Notes: generated by a model not told the origin, from the letters alone. Counted from the stretch's first letter, positions 1 through 14,600 are shown. The stretch: 64,000 nt of DNA from Utricularia gibba (GCA_002189035.1 NEEC01000035.1:1-64000); one strand, 5' to 3'. A program made the numbers and translations.

Positions 1-2640
1 AGTCGCATCGTCGCGAACGTGGTGGCAATTTGTGGCACATCTAAAGGCTAAGATAAGGCGATAATTCGAGCTTTGATGCATCCTCGGACGAAGAAGCTTT
101 CAACACGGAAGCTGACCGGCACGGAAAGGGGTTCGAAACGGTATGCCGGGCGCAGCTTGACTCATCACGGTTTTCAGGATATGGCCGAAATACCGAACGG
201 TGTGCGAGGCACCATGAGGCTGCAGGTAGGGACACACCCAAAGCTTGTTCAGAGATCGCCTCGAAAACCCATACTTCACATCACCCAATAAAACGCACAT
301 GTGAAACCCGAAAATCACAATCGGGTCGATTCTCGTTTTCCGAGTCGCATCGTCGTGAACGTGGTGGCCAATTTGTGGCACATCTGAAGGCTAAGATAAG
401 GCGATAATTCGAGCTCTGATGCATCCTAGGACGAAGAAGCTTTCAACACGGAAGCTGACCGGCACGGAAAGGGGTTCGAAACGGTAAGCCGGCGCAGCGT
501 GACTCAACACGGTTTCAGGATATCGACGAGATACCGAACGGTGTGCGTGGCCACCATGAGGCTGCAGGTAGGGACACACCAGAGCTTGTTCAGAGATCGC
601 ATCGAAAACCCATACTTCACGTCATCCTATAAAACGCAGATGTTTTGCAAGGCAAAAATCACAATCGCGTCGATTCTCGTTCCGAGTCGCATCGTCGCGA
701 ACGTGGTGGCCAATTTGTGGCACATCAAAGGCTAAGATTAGGCGATAATTCGAGCTTTGATGCATCCTCGGACGAAGAAGCTTTCAACACGGAAGCTGAC
801 CGGCACGTAAAGGGGTTCGAAACGGTATGCCGGGCGCAGCTTGACTCATCACGGTTTTCAGGATATGGCCGAAATACCGAACGGTGTGCGAGGCCACCAT
901 GAGGCTGCACGTAGGACACACCCAGAGCTTGTTCAGAGATCGCCTCGAAAACCCATACTTCACGTCACCCAATAAAACGCACATGTTTGGAAACCCGAAA
1001 ATCACAATCGGGTCGATTCTCGTTTTCCGAGTCGCATCGTCGCGAACGTGGTGGCCAATTTGTGGCACATCTGAAGGCTAAGATAAGGCGATAATTCGAG
1101 CTCTGATGCATCCTCGGACGAAGAAGCTTTCAACACGGAAGCTGACCGGCGGAAAGGGGTTCGAACGGTATGCCGAGCGCAGCTTGACTCATCACGATTT
1201 TCAGGATATGGCCGAAATACCGAACGGTGTGCGAGGCCACCATGAGGCTGCAAGTAGGGACACACCTAGAGCTTGTTCAGAGATCGCCTCGAAAACCCAT
1301 ACTTCACGTCACCAATAAAACGCAGATGTTTTGCAAGCCGAAAATCACAATCGCGTCGATTCTCGTGTTCCGAGTCGCATCGTCGCGAACGTGGTGGCCA
1401 ATTTGTGGCACATCTAAAGCTAAGATAAGGCGATAATTCGAGCTTTGATGCATCCTCGGACGAAGAAGCTTTCAACACGGAAGCTGACCGGCACGGAAAG
1501 GGGTTCGAAACGGTATGCCGAGCGCAGCTTGACTCATCACGTTTTCAGGATATGGCCGAAATACCGAACGGTGTGCGAGGCCACCTTGAGGCTGCGGGTA
1601 GGAACACACCTAGAGCTTGTTCAGAGATCGCCTCGAAAACCCATACTTCACGTCACCCAATAAAACGCAGATGTTTTGCAAGGCGAAAATCACAATCGCG
1701 TCGATTCTCGTGTTCCGAGTCGCATCGTCGCGAACGTGGTGGCCAATTTGTGGCACATCTAAAGGCTAAGATAAGGCGATAATTCGAGCTTTGATGCATC
1801 TCGGACGAAGAAGCTTTCAACACGGAAGCTGACCGGCACGGAAAGGGGTTCGAAACGGTATGCCGGGCGCAGCATGACTCACGGTTTCAGGATATGGCCG
1901 AAATACCGAACGGTGTGCGAGGCCACCATGAGGCTGCAGGTAGGGACACACCCAGAGCTTGTTCAGAGATCGCCTCGAAAACCCATACTTCACATCACCC
2001 AATAAAACGCACATGTAGGAAACCCGAAAATCACAATCGGGTCGATTCTCGTTTTCCGAGTCGCATCGTCGCGAACGTGGTGGCCAATTTGTGGCACATC
2101 TGAAGGCTAAGATAAGGCGATAATTCGAGCTCTGATGCATCCTAGGACGAAGAAGCTTTCAACACGGAAGCTGACCGGCACGGAAAGGGGTTCGAAACGG
2201 TAAGTCGGCGCAGCGTGACTCAACACGTCTTCAGGATATCCGAGATGCGAAACCGAACGGTGTGCGGCCACCATGAGGCTGCACGGGGACGCACAAAGAG
2301 CTTGTTCAGAGATCGCATCGAAAACCCATACTTCACGTCATCCAATAAAACGCAGATGTTTTGCAAGGCAAAAATCACAATCGCGTCGATTCTCGTGTTC
2401 CGAGTCGCATCGTCGCGAACGTGGTGGCCAATTTGTGGCACATCTAAAGGCTAAGATTAGGCGATAATTCGAGCTTTGATGCATCCTCGGACGAAGAAGC
2501 TTTCAACACGGAAGCTGACCGGCACGGAAAGGGGTTCGAAACGGTATGCCGGGCGCAGCATGACTCATCACGGTTTTCAGGATATGGCCGAAATACCGAA
2601 CGGTGTGCGAGGCCACCATGAGGCTGCACGTAGGGACACA
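1..2640 (+). repeat. Substitution-diverged monomers with a 5-monomer (~1.716 kb) higher-order duplication
   Basis: Six rare markers recur at offsets of 1714-1719 bp: cacatcaccc 277/1991, cctagg 425/2141, gatcgcatcg 595/2311, ggcaaaaatc 651/2367, aagattagg 734/2453, gctgcacgtagg 904/2623. Confidence 0.75.
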
Positions 2641-5600
2641 CCCAGAGCTTGTTCAGAGATCGCCTCGAAAACCCATACTTCACGTCATCCAATAAAACGC
2701 AGATGTTTGCAAGGCGAAAATCACAATCGCGTCGATTCTCGTTTCCGAGTCGCATCGTCGCGAACGTGGTGGCCAATTTGTGGCACATCTGAAGGCTAAG
2801 ATAAGGCGATAATTCGAGCTTTGATGCATCCTCGGACGAAGAAGCTTTCAACACGGAAGCTGACCGGCACGGAAAGGGGTTCGAAACGGTATGCCGGGCG
2901 CAGCATGACTCATCACGGTTTTCAGGATATGGCCGAAATACCGAACGGTGTGCGAGGCCACCATGAGGCTGCAGGTAGGACACACCCAGAGCTTGTTCAG
3001 AGATCGCCTCGAAAACCCATACTTCACGTCATCCAATAAAACGCAGATGTTTTGCAACCGAAAATCACAATCGCGTCGATTCTCGTGTTCCGAGTCGCAT
3101 CGTCGCGAACGTGGTGGCCAATTTGTGGCACATCTAAAGGCTAAGATAAGGCGATAATTCGAGCTTTGATGCATCCTCGGACGAAGAAGCTTTCAACACG
3201 GAAGCTGACCGGCACGGAAAGGGGTTCGAAACGGTATGCCGGGCGCAGCTTGACTCATCACGGTTTTCAGGATATATGGCCGAAATACCGAACGGTGTGC
3301 GAGGCCACCATGAGGCTGCACGTAGGGACACACCCAGAGCTTGTTCAGAGATCGCCTCGAAAACCCATACTTCACGTCATCCAATAAAACGCAGATGTTT
3401 TGCAAGGCGAAAATCACAATCGCGTCGATTCTCGTGTTCCGAGTCGCATCGTCGCGAACGTGGTGGCCAATTTGTGGCACATCTGAAGGCTAAGATAAGG
3501 CGATAATTCGAGCTTTGATGCATCCTCGGACGAAGAAGCTTTCAACACGGAAGCTGACCGGCACGGAAAGGGGTTCGAAACGGTATGCCGGGCGCAGCTT
3601 GACTCATCACGGTTTTCAGGATATGGCCGAAATACCGAACGGTGTGCGAGGCCACCATGAGGCTGCAGTAGGGACACACCAGAGCTTGTTCAGAGATCGC
3701 CTCGAAAACCCATACTTCACGTCATCCAATAAAACGCAGATGTTTTGCAAGGCGAAAATCACAATCGCGTCGATTCTCGTGTTCCGAGTCGCATCGTCGC
3801 GAACGTGGTGGCCAATTTGTGGCACATCTGAAGGCTAAGATAAGGCGATAATTCGAGCTTTGATGCATCCTCGGACGAAGAAGCTTTCAACACGGAAGCT
3901 GACCGGCACGGAAAGGGGTTCGAAACGGTATGCCGGGCGCAGCATGACTCATCACGGTTTTCAGGATATGGCCGAAATACCGAACGGTGTGCGAGGCCAC
4001 CATGAGGCTGCGGGTAGGACACACCAGAGCTTGTTCAGAGATCGCCTCGAAAACCCATACTTCACGTCATCCAATAAAACGCAGATGTTTTGCAAGGCGA
4101 AAATCACAATCGCGTCGATTCTCGTTTTCCGAGTCGCATCGTCGCGAACGTGGTGGCCAATTTGTGGCACATCTAAGGCTAAGATAAGGCGATAATTCGA
4201 GCTTTGATGCATCCTCGGACGAAGAAGCTTTCAACACGGAAGCTGACCGGCACGGAAAGGGGTTCGAAACGGTATGCCGGGCGCAGCATGACTCATCACG
4301 GTTTTCAGGATATGGCCGAAATACCGAACGGTGTGCGAGGCCACCATGAGGCTGCAGGTAGGGACACACCCAGAGCTTGTTCAGAGATCGCCTCGAAAAC
4401 CCATACTTCACGTCATCCAATAAAACGCAGATGTTTTGCAAGCGAAAATCACAATCGCGTCGATTCTCGTGTTCCGAGTCGCATCGTCGCGAACGTGGTG
4501 GCCAATTTGTGGCACATCTGAAGGCTAAGATAAGGCGATAATTCGAGCTTTGATGCATCCTCGGACGAAGAAGCTTTCAACACGGAAGCTGACCGGCACG
4601 GAAAGGGGTTCGAAACGGTATGCCGGGCGCAGCATGACTCATCACGGTTTTCAGGATATGGCCGAAATACCGAACGGTGTGCGAGGCCACCATGAGGCTG
4701 CAGTAGGGACACACCCAGAGCTTGTTCAGAGATCGCCTCGAAAACCCATACTTCACGTCATCCAATAAAACGCAGATGTTTTGCAAGCGAAAATCACAAT
4801 CGCGTCGATTCTCGTGTTCCGAGTCGCATCGTCGCGAACGTGGTGGCCAATTTGTGGCACATCTGAAGGCTAAGATAAGGCGATAATTCGAGCTTTGATG
4901 CATCCTCGGACGAAGAAGCTTTCAACACGGAAGCTGACCGGCACGGAAAGGGGTTCGAAACGGTATGCCGGGCGCAGCATGACTCATCACGGTTTTCAGG
5001 ATATGGCCGAAATACCGAACGGTGTGCGAGGCCACCATGAGGCTGCGGGTAGGGACACACCCAGAGCTTGTTCAGAGATCGCCTCGAAAACCCATACTTC
5101 ACGTCACCCAATAAAACGCAGATGTTTTGCAAGGCGAAAATCACAATCGCGTCGATTCTCGTTTTCCGAGTCGCATCGTCGCGAACGTGGTGGCCAATTT
5201 GTGGCACATCTGAAGGCTAAGATAAGGCGATAATTCGAGCTTTGATGCATCCTCGGACGAAGAAGCTTTCAACACGGAAGCTGACCGGCACGGAAAGGGG
5301 TTCGAAACGGTATGCCGGCGCAGCATGACTCATCACGGTTTTCAGGATATGGCCGAAATACCGAACGGTGTGCGAGGCCACCATGAGGCTGGGGTAGGGA
5401 CACACCCAGAGCTTGTTCAGAGATCGCCTCGAAAACCCATACTTCACGTCATCCAATAAAACGCAGATGTTTTGCAAGCGAAAATCACAATCGCGTCGAT
5501 TCTCGTGTTCCGAGTCGCATCGTCGCGAACGTGGTGGCCAATTTGTGGCACATCTGAAGGCTAAGATAAGGCGATAATTCGAGCTTTGATGCATCCTCGG

Positions 5601-8600
5601 ACGAAGAAGCTTTCAACACGGAAGCTGACCGGCACGGAAAGGGTTCGTTCCGAAACGGTATGGCCGGGCGAGGCAGAGGCTTGACTCATCACGTGTTTCA
5701 GGATATGGTCCGAAATACCGAAGGCGGTGTGCGGACGGCCAACACATGAGGCTGCGGTAGGGACACACCCAGAGCTTGTTCAGAGATCGCCTCGAAAACC
5801 CATACTTCACGTCATCCAATAAAACGCAGATGTTTTGCAAGGCGAAAATCACAATCGCGTCGATTCTCGTTTCCGAGTCGCATCGTCGCGAACGTGGTGG
5901 CCAATTTGTGGCACATCTGAAGGCTAACGAACATAAGATAATTCGAGCTTGACTGCATCCTCCTCGAAGAAGAAGCAACACGGAAGCTGACCGGCACGGA
6001 AAGGGGTTCGAAACGGTATGCCGGGCGCAGCATGACTCATCACGGTTTTCAGGATATGGCCGAAATACCGAACGGTGTGCGAGGCCACCGATGATTCTCG
6101 GCTCGCACGTAGGGCACATCTGAAGGCTAGATAAGGCGATAATCGTTCAGGACGAAGAAGCTTTCAGCTGACCTCGAAAACCCATGACTTCACGGTCATC
6201 CGAATAAAAGGCGCAGGGATGTTTCGCAAGTGCAGAAAATCACAATCGCGTCGATTCTCGTGTTCCGAGTCGCATCGTCGCGAACGTGGTGGCCAATTTG
6301 TGGCACATCTGAAGGCTAAGATAAGGCGATAATTCGAGCTTTGATGCATCCTCGGACGAAGAAGCTTTCAACACGGAAGCTGACCGGCACGGAAAGGGGT
6401 TCGAAACGGTATGCCGGGCGCAGCATGACTCATCACGGTTTTCAGGATATGGCACGAAATACCGAACGGTGTGCGAGAAGCCACCATGAGGCTGCAGGCT
6501 AGGGACACTCACACCAGAGCTTGTTGCAGAGATCGCCTCGAAAACCCATACTTCACGTCATCGCAATAAAACGCAGAGTGTTTTGGCAAGTGCGAAAATC
6601 ACAATCGGTTTCAACACGATTCGGGTCGTGTTCCGAGTCGCATCGTCGCGAACGTGGTGGCCAATTTGATGGCACGATCTGAAGGCTAAGATAATAAGGC
6701 GATAATTTCGAGCTTTGATGCATCCTCGGACGAAGAAGCTTTCAACACGGAAGCTCGACCGCACGGAAAGGGGTTCGAAACGGTATGCCGGGCGCAGCAT
6801 GACGGTATGCAGCATGACTCACACGGTTTTCAGGATATGGCCGAAATACCGAACGGTGTGCGAGGCCACCATGAGGCTGCAGTAGGGACACACCCAGAGC
6901 TTGTTCAGAGATCGCCTCGAAAACCCATACTTCACGTCATCCAATAAAACGCAGATGTTTTGCAAGGCGAGCGTCGATTCTCGTTTTCGCAAACGTGGTG
7001 GCGTGGCACATCTGAAGGCTCGATAATTCGAATGCGGACGAAGAAGCTTTCAACACGGATTTTGTGGCACGAGTGAATCGTAAGATAACGATGGCAGCTT
7101 GATGGCACAACGAAGAAGCTAAGATAAGGCGATAATTCGAGCTTTGATGCATCCTCGGACGAAGAAGCTTTCAACACGGAAGCTGACCGGCACGGAAAGG
7201 GGTTCGAAACGGTATGCCGGGCGCAGCATGACTCATCACGGTTTTCAGGATATGGCCGAAATACCGAACGGTGTGCGAGGCCACATGAGGCATGTTCAGA
7301 GATCGCCTCGAAAACCCATACTTCACGTCATCCAATAAAACGCAGATGTCACACCCAGAGCTTGTTCAGAGATCGCCTCGATTCTACTTCGTCCGAGTCG
7401 CATAACGCGAGACGTGGTTTGCAAGATCGAAAATCACGTCATGCAGATGGCTTCTCGATTTCCCGAGTCGCATCGTCGCGAACGTGGTGGCCAATTTGTG
7501 GCACATCTGGCTAAGATAAGGCGATAATTCGAGCTTTGATGCATCCTCGGACGAAGAAGCTTTCAACACGGAAGCTGACCGGCACGGAAAGGGGTTCGAA
7601 ACGGTATGCCGGGCGCAGCTCATCACGGTTTTCAGGATATGGCCGAAATACCGAACGGTGTGCGAGGCCACCATGAGGCTGCAGGGACTTCACACCCAGG
7701 CCTTCGAACGGTGTGCGAGGCCGGTATGCAGGCGTGCGTAAAACACATCACGGTTTCAGGATATTTGTTCAGAGATCGCGTCGAAAACCCATACTTCACG
7801 TCATCCAATAAAACGCAGATGTTTCAAGGCGAAAATCACAATCGCGTCGATTCTCGTTTCCGAGTCGCATCGTCGCGAACGTGGTGGCCAATTTGTGGCA
7901 CATCTGAAGGCTAAGATAAGGCGATAATTCGAGCTTTGATGCATCCTCGGACGAAGAAGCTTTCAACACGGAAGCTGACCGGCACGGAAAGGGGTTCGAA
8001 ACGGTATGCCGGGCGCAGCATGACTCATCACGGTTTTCAGGATATGGCCGAAATACCGAACGGTGTGCGAGGCCACCATGAGGCTGCACGTAGGGACACA
8101 CCCAGAGCTTGTTCAGAGATCGCCTCGAAAACCCATACTTCACGTCATCCAATAAAACGCAGATGTTTTGCAAGGCGAAAATCACAATCGCGTCGATTCT
8201 CGTGTTCCGAGTCGCATCGTCGCGAACGTGGTGGCCAATTTGTGGCACATCTAAGGCTAAGATAAGGCGATAATTCGAGCTTTGATGCATCCTCGGACGA
8301 AGAAGCTTTCAACACGGAAGCTGACCGGCACGGAAAGGGTTCGAAACGGTATGCCGGGCGCAGCATGACTCATCACGGTTTTCAGGATATGGCCGAAATA
8401 CCGAACGGTGTGCGAGGCCACCATGAGGCTGCAGTAGGGACACACCCAGAGCTTGTTCAGAGATCGCCTCGAAAACCCATACTTCACGTCACCCAATAAA
8501 ACGCAGATGTTTTGCAAGAAAATCACAATCGTCGATTCTCGTTTCCGAGTCGCATCGTCGCGAACGGTTTTCAGGATATGGCCGAAATACCGAACGGTGT

Positions 8601-11600
8601 GTGGCACATCTGAAGGCTAAGATAAGGCGATAATTCGAGCTTTGATGCATCCTCGGACGAAGAAGCTTTCAACACGGAAGCTGACCGGCACGGAAAGGGG
8701 TTCGAAACGGTATGCCGGGCGCAGCTTGACTCATCACGGTTTTCAGGATATGGCCGAAATACCGAACGGTGTGCGAGGCCACCATGAGGCTGCACGTAGG
8801 GACACACCCAGAGCTTGTTCAGAGATCGCCTCGAAAACCCATACTTCACGTCATCCAGCTCGATGAGTCGCATCGTCGCGAACGTGGCCAATTTGTGGCA
8901 CATCTGAAGGCTAAGATAAGGCGATAATTCGAATGCATGCGTCCTCGGCACGGAAAGGGGTTCGAAACGGTATGCCGTTTCAACAGTCGCGCTGACGCAC
9001 GGGGGCGAAACGAACGCGTGTGCTGAGGCTAAGATAAGGCGACCTTTGATGGCTATGTACCGAACACCACGAGAAGCTTTGAGGAAAGGAGGCACGAAAG
9101 AGAAACAGCAGATCATCCTCGTTTTTTTCATCGAAACGGTGTGCGAGGCCACCATGAGGCTTTTGCAGAGGCGACATCACAAGGCTTCGATAGTCGCATC
9201 GTCGCGAACGTGGTGGCCAATTTGTGGCACATCTGAAGGCTAAGATAAGGCGATAATTCGAGCTTGATGCATCCTCGGACGAAGAAGCTTTCAACACGGA
9301 AGCTGACACGGAAAGGGTTCGAAACGGTATGCCGGGCGCAGCTGACTCATCACGGTTTCACGCCGAACGGTGTGCGAGGCCACCATGAGGCTGCAGTAGG
9401 GACACACCCAGAGCTTGTTCAGAGCGCCTCGAAAACCCATACTTCACGTCAAATAAAACGGATGTTTTGCGCGAAAATCACAATCGCGTCGATTCTCGTT
9501 TCCGAGTCGCATCGTCGCGAACGTGGTGGCCAATTTGTGGCACATCTGAAGGCTAAGATAAGGCGATAATTCGAGCTTGATGCATCCTCGGACGAAGAAG
9601 CTTTCAACACGGAAGCTGACCGGCACGGAAAGGGTTCGAAACGGTATGCCGGGCGCAGCAGGGGTGCGGTCGAGGGACATTGTTCAGAGATCGCCTCGAA
9701 AACCGACTTCACGGAAAAAACAGGAGATGTCGCAACGAAAATCGTGTCGTGATCTTCTCCCATTCCGAAGTCGCATAAGGCGAAAATCACAATCGCGTCC
9801 TCGGACGAAGAAGCTTTCAACACGGAAGCTGACCGGCACGGAAAGGGGTTCGAAACGGTATGCCGGCGCAGCTTGACTCATCACGGTTTTCAGGATATGG
9901 CCGAAATACCGAACGGTGTGCGAGGCCACCATGAGGCTGCGGGTAGGGACACACCCAGAGCTTGTTCAGAGATCGCCTCGAAAACCCATACTTCACGTCA
10001 CCAATAAAACGCAGATGTTTTGCAAGGCGAAAATCACAATCGCGTCGATTCTCGTGTTCCGAGTCGCATCGTCGCGAACGTGGTGGCCAATTTGTGGCAC
10101 ATCTGAAGGCTAAGATAAGGCGATAATTCGAGAGTCGCATCGTCGGAACGAAGCTTTTTGTGGCACCGGGCGGAAAGATAGTCGCATCGTCGCGAACGTG
10201 GTGGCCAATTTGTGGCACGGGCGCGAGCATGCATCCTCGGACGAAGAAGCTTTCAACACGGAAGCTGACCGGCACGGAAAGGGGTTCGAAACGGTATGCC
10301 GGGCGCAGGACTCATCACGGTTTTCAGGATATGGCCGAAATACCGAACGGTGTGCGAGGCCACCATGAGGCTGCGGGTAGGGACACACCCAGAGCTTGTT
10401 CGCAGATGATCGCCTCGAAAACCCATACTTCACGATCCAATAAAACGCACCGATGTTTTGCAACGAAAATCACACCATGAGGCTGCGTAGGGACGATTCT
10501 CGTCGTTTCCGAGTCGCATCGTCGCGAACGTGGTGGCCAATTTGTGGCACATCTGAAGGCTAAGATAAGGCGATAATTCGAGCTTGATGCATCCTCGGAC
10601 GAAGAAGCTTTCAACACGGAAGCTGACCGGCACGGAAAGGGGTTCGAAACGGTATGCCGGCGCAGCTGACTCATCACGGTTTTCAGGATATGGCCGAAAT
10701 ACCGAACGGTGTGCGAGGCCACCATGAGGCTGCAGGTAGGGACACACCCAGAGCTTGTTCAGAGATCGCCTCGAAAACCCATACTTCACGTCATCCAATA
10801 AAACGCCGAAAATCAATCGCGAACGGTCGTGCGACATCAAGGCTAAGATAAGGCGATAATTCGAGCTTTGATGCATCCTCGGACGAAGAAGCTTTCAACA
10901 CGGAAGCTGACCGGCACGGAAAGGGGTTCGAAACGGTATGCCGGGCGCAGCATGACTCATCACGGTTTTCAGGATATGGCCGAAATACCGAACGGTGTGC
11001 GAGGCCACCATGAGGCTGCAAGTAGGGACACACCCAGAGCTTGTTCAGAGATCGCCTCGAAAACCCATACTTCACGTCACCAATAAAACGCAGATGTTTT
11101 GCAAGAAAATCACAATCGCGTCGATTCTCGTGTCCGAGTCGCATCGTCGCGAACGTGGTGGCCAATTTGTGGCACATCTGAAGGCTAAGATAAGGCGATA
11201 ATTCGAGCTTGATGCATCCTCGGACGAAGAAGCTTTCAACACGGAAGCTGACCGGCACGGAAAGGGGTTCGAAACGGTATGCCGGGCGCAGCATGACGCA
11301 GAACCGTGAACGAACGGCCACCATGAGGCTTAGTTCGGCACATCTGTCATCCAATAAAACGCAGCAAGCGAAAATCACAGATAGTCGCATCGTCGCGAAC
11401 GTGGTGGCCAATTTGTGGCACATCTGAAGGCTAAGATAAGGCGATAATTCGAGCTCTGATGCATCCTCGGACGAAGAAGCTTTCAACACGGAAGCTGACC
11501 GGCACGGAAAGGGTTCGAAACGGTATGCCGGGCGCAAACGACGGGATATGAACGGTGTGCGAGGCCACCATGAGGCAGGGACATTGACTCGATCACGGTG

Positions 11601-14600
11601 TTTTGCAAGGCGAAAATACAATCGCGTCCTCGTGTTCCGAGTCGCATCGTCGCGAACGTGGTGGCCAATTTGTGGCACATCTGAAGGCTAAGGGCGATAA
11701 TTTCGAGCTTTGATGCATCCTCGGACGAAGAAGCTTTCAACACGGAAGCTGACCGGCACGGAAAGGGGTGCGGTATGCCGGAGCATGACTCATCACGGTT
11801 TTCAGGATATGCCGAAATACCGAACGGTGTGCGAGGCCACCATGAGGCTGCAGAGATCAGAGATCGCCTCGAAAACCCATACTTCACGTCACCAATAAAA
11901 CGCAGATGTTTTGCAAGCGAAAATCGAAGTCGCATCGTCGCGAACGTGGTGGCCAATTTGTGGCACATCTGAAGGCTAAGATAAGGCGATAATTCGAGCT
12001 CGATTCCTCGGACGAAGAAGCTTTCAACACGGAAGCTGACCGGCACGGAAAGGGTTCGAAACGGTATGCCGGGCGCAGCTTGACGGTTTTCAGGATGGCC
12101 GAAATACCGAACGGTGTGCGAGGCCACCATGAGGCACATCTAAGGCTAAGAAAATGCGTCGATAGTCGCATCGTCGCGAACGTGGTGGCCAATTTGTGGC
12201 ACATCTGAAGGCTAAGATAAGGCGATATTCGAGCTTGATGCATCCTCGGACGAGAAGCTTTCAAACGGAAGCTTTCAAACACCGGAACGCTGAACCGAAC
12301 GAGGCCCATAGAGATCGCCTCGAAAACCCATACTTCACGTCATCCAATAAAACGCAGATGTTTTGCAAGGCGAAAATCACAATCGCGTCGATTCTCGTGT
12401 TCCGAGTCGCATCGTCGCGAACGTGGTGGCCAATTTGTGGCACATCTAAAGGCTAAGATAAGGCGATAATTCGAGCTTTGATGCATCCTCGGACGAAGAA
12501 GCTTTCAACACGGAAGCTGACCGGCACGGAAAGGGGTTCGAAACGGTATGCCGGCGCAGCATGACTCATCACGGTTTTCAGGATATGGCCGAAATACCGA
12601 ACGGTGTGCGAGGCCACCATGAGGCTGCGGTAGGACACACCAGAGCTTGTTCAGAGATCGCCTCGAAAACCCATACTTCACGTCCCAATAAAACGCAGAT
12701 GTTTTGCAACCGAAAATCACAATCGGTCGATTCTCGTTTTCCGAGTCGCATCGTCGCGAACGTGGTGGCCAATTTGTGGCACATCTGAAGGCTAAGATAA
12801 GGCGATAATTCGAGCTTTGATGCATCCTCGGACGAAGAAGCTTTCAACACGGAAGCTGACCGGCACGGAAAGGGGTTCGAAACGGTATGCCGGGCGCAGC
12901 ATGACTCATCACGGTTTTCAGGATATGGCCGAAATACCGAACGGTGTGCGAGGCCACCATGAGGCTGCAGTAGGGACACACCCAGAGCTTGTTCAGAGAT
13001 CGCCTCGAAAACCCATACTTCACGTCATCCAATAAAACGCAGATGTTTTGCAAGCGAAAATCACAATCGCGTCGATTCTCGTTTCCGAGTCGCATCGTCG
13101 CGAACGTGGTGGCCAATTTGTGGCACATCTGAAGGCTAAGATAAGGCGATAATTCGAGCTTTGATGCATCCTCGGACGAAGAAGCTTTCAACACGGAAGC
13201 TGACCGGCACGGAAAGGGTTCGAAACGGTATGCCGGGCGCAGCATGACTCATCACGGTTTTCAGGATATGGCCGAAATACCGAACGGTGTGCGAGGCCAC
13301 CATGAGGCTGCACGTAGGGACACACCCAGAGCTTGTTCAGAGATCGCCTCGAAAACCCATACTTCACGTCATCCAATAAAACGCAGATGTTTTGCAAGGC
13401 GAAAATCACAATCGCGTCGATTCTCGTGTTCCGAGTCGCATCGTCGCGAACGTGGTGGCCAATTTGTGGCACATCTGAAGGCTAAGATAAGGCGATAATT
13501 CGAGCTTTGATGCATCCTCGGACGAAGAAGCTTTCAACACGGAAGCTGACCGGCACGGAAAGGGGTTCGAAACGGTATGCCGGCGCAGCATGACTCATCA
13601 CGGTTTTCAGGATATGGCCGAAATACCGAACGGTGTGCGAGGCCACCATGAGGCTGCGGTAGGGACACACCCAGAGCTTGTTCAGAGATCGCCTCGAAAA
13701 CCCATACTTCACGTCACCAATAAAACGCAGATGTTTTGCAAGGCGAAAATCACAATCGCGTCGATTCTCGTTTTCCGAGTCGCATCGTCGCGAACGTGGT
13801 GGCCAATTTGTGGCACATCTGAAGGCTAAGATAAGGCGATAATTCGAGCTCTGATGCATCCTCGGACGAAGAAGCTTTCAACACGGAAGCTGACCGGCAC
13901 GGAAAGGGGTTCGAAACGGTATGCCGGGCGCAGCTGACTCATCACGGTTTCAGGATATGGCCGAAATACCGAACGGTGTGCGAGGCCACCATGAGGCTGC
14001 GGGTAGGGACACACCCAGAGCTTGTTCAGAGATCGCCTCGAAAACCCATACTTCACGTCAAATAAAACGCAGATGTTTTGCAAGAAATCACAATCGCGTC
14101 GATTCTCGTGTTCCGAGTCGCATCGTCGCGAACGTGGTGGCCAATTTGTGGCACATCTGAAGGCTAAGATAAGGCGATAATTCGAGCTTGATGCATCCTC
14201 GGACGAAGAAGCTTTCAACACGGAAGCTGACCGGCACGGAAAGGGGTTCGAAACGGTATGCCGGGCGCAGCATGACTCATCACGGTTTTCAGGATATGGC
14301 CGAAATACCGAACGGTGTGCGAGGCCACCATGAGGCTGCGGGTAGGGACACACCCAGAGCTTGTTCAGAGATCGCCTCGAAAACCCATACTTCACGTCAT
14401 CCAATAAAACGCAGATGTTTTGCAAGGCGAAAATCACAATCGCGTCGATTCTCGTGTTCCGAGTCGCATCGTCGCGAACGTGGTGGCCAATTTGTGGCAC
14501 ATCTGAAGGCTAAGATAAGGCGATAATTCGAGCTTGATGCATCCTCGGACGAAGAAGCTTTCAACACGGAAGCTGACCGGCACGGAAAGGGGTTCGAAAC

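Noticed and set aside
7387-7397. Inverted monomer fragment (cttcgtccgag)
   Set aside because: It is only 11 bp, sits where ctcgtgttccgag is expected, and is explained by errors plus the monomer's own internal complementarity.
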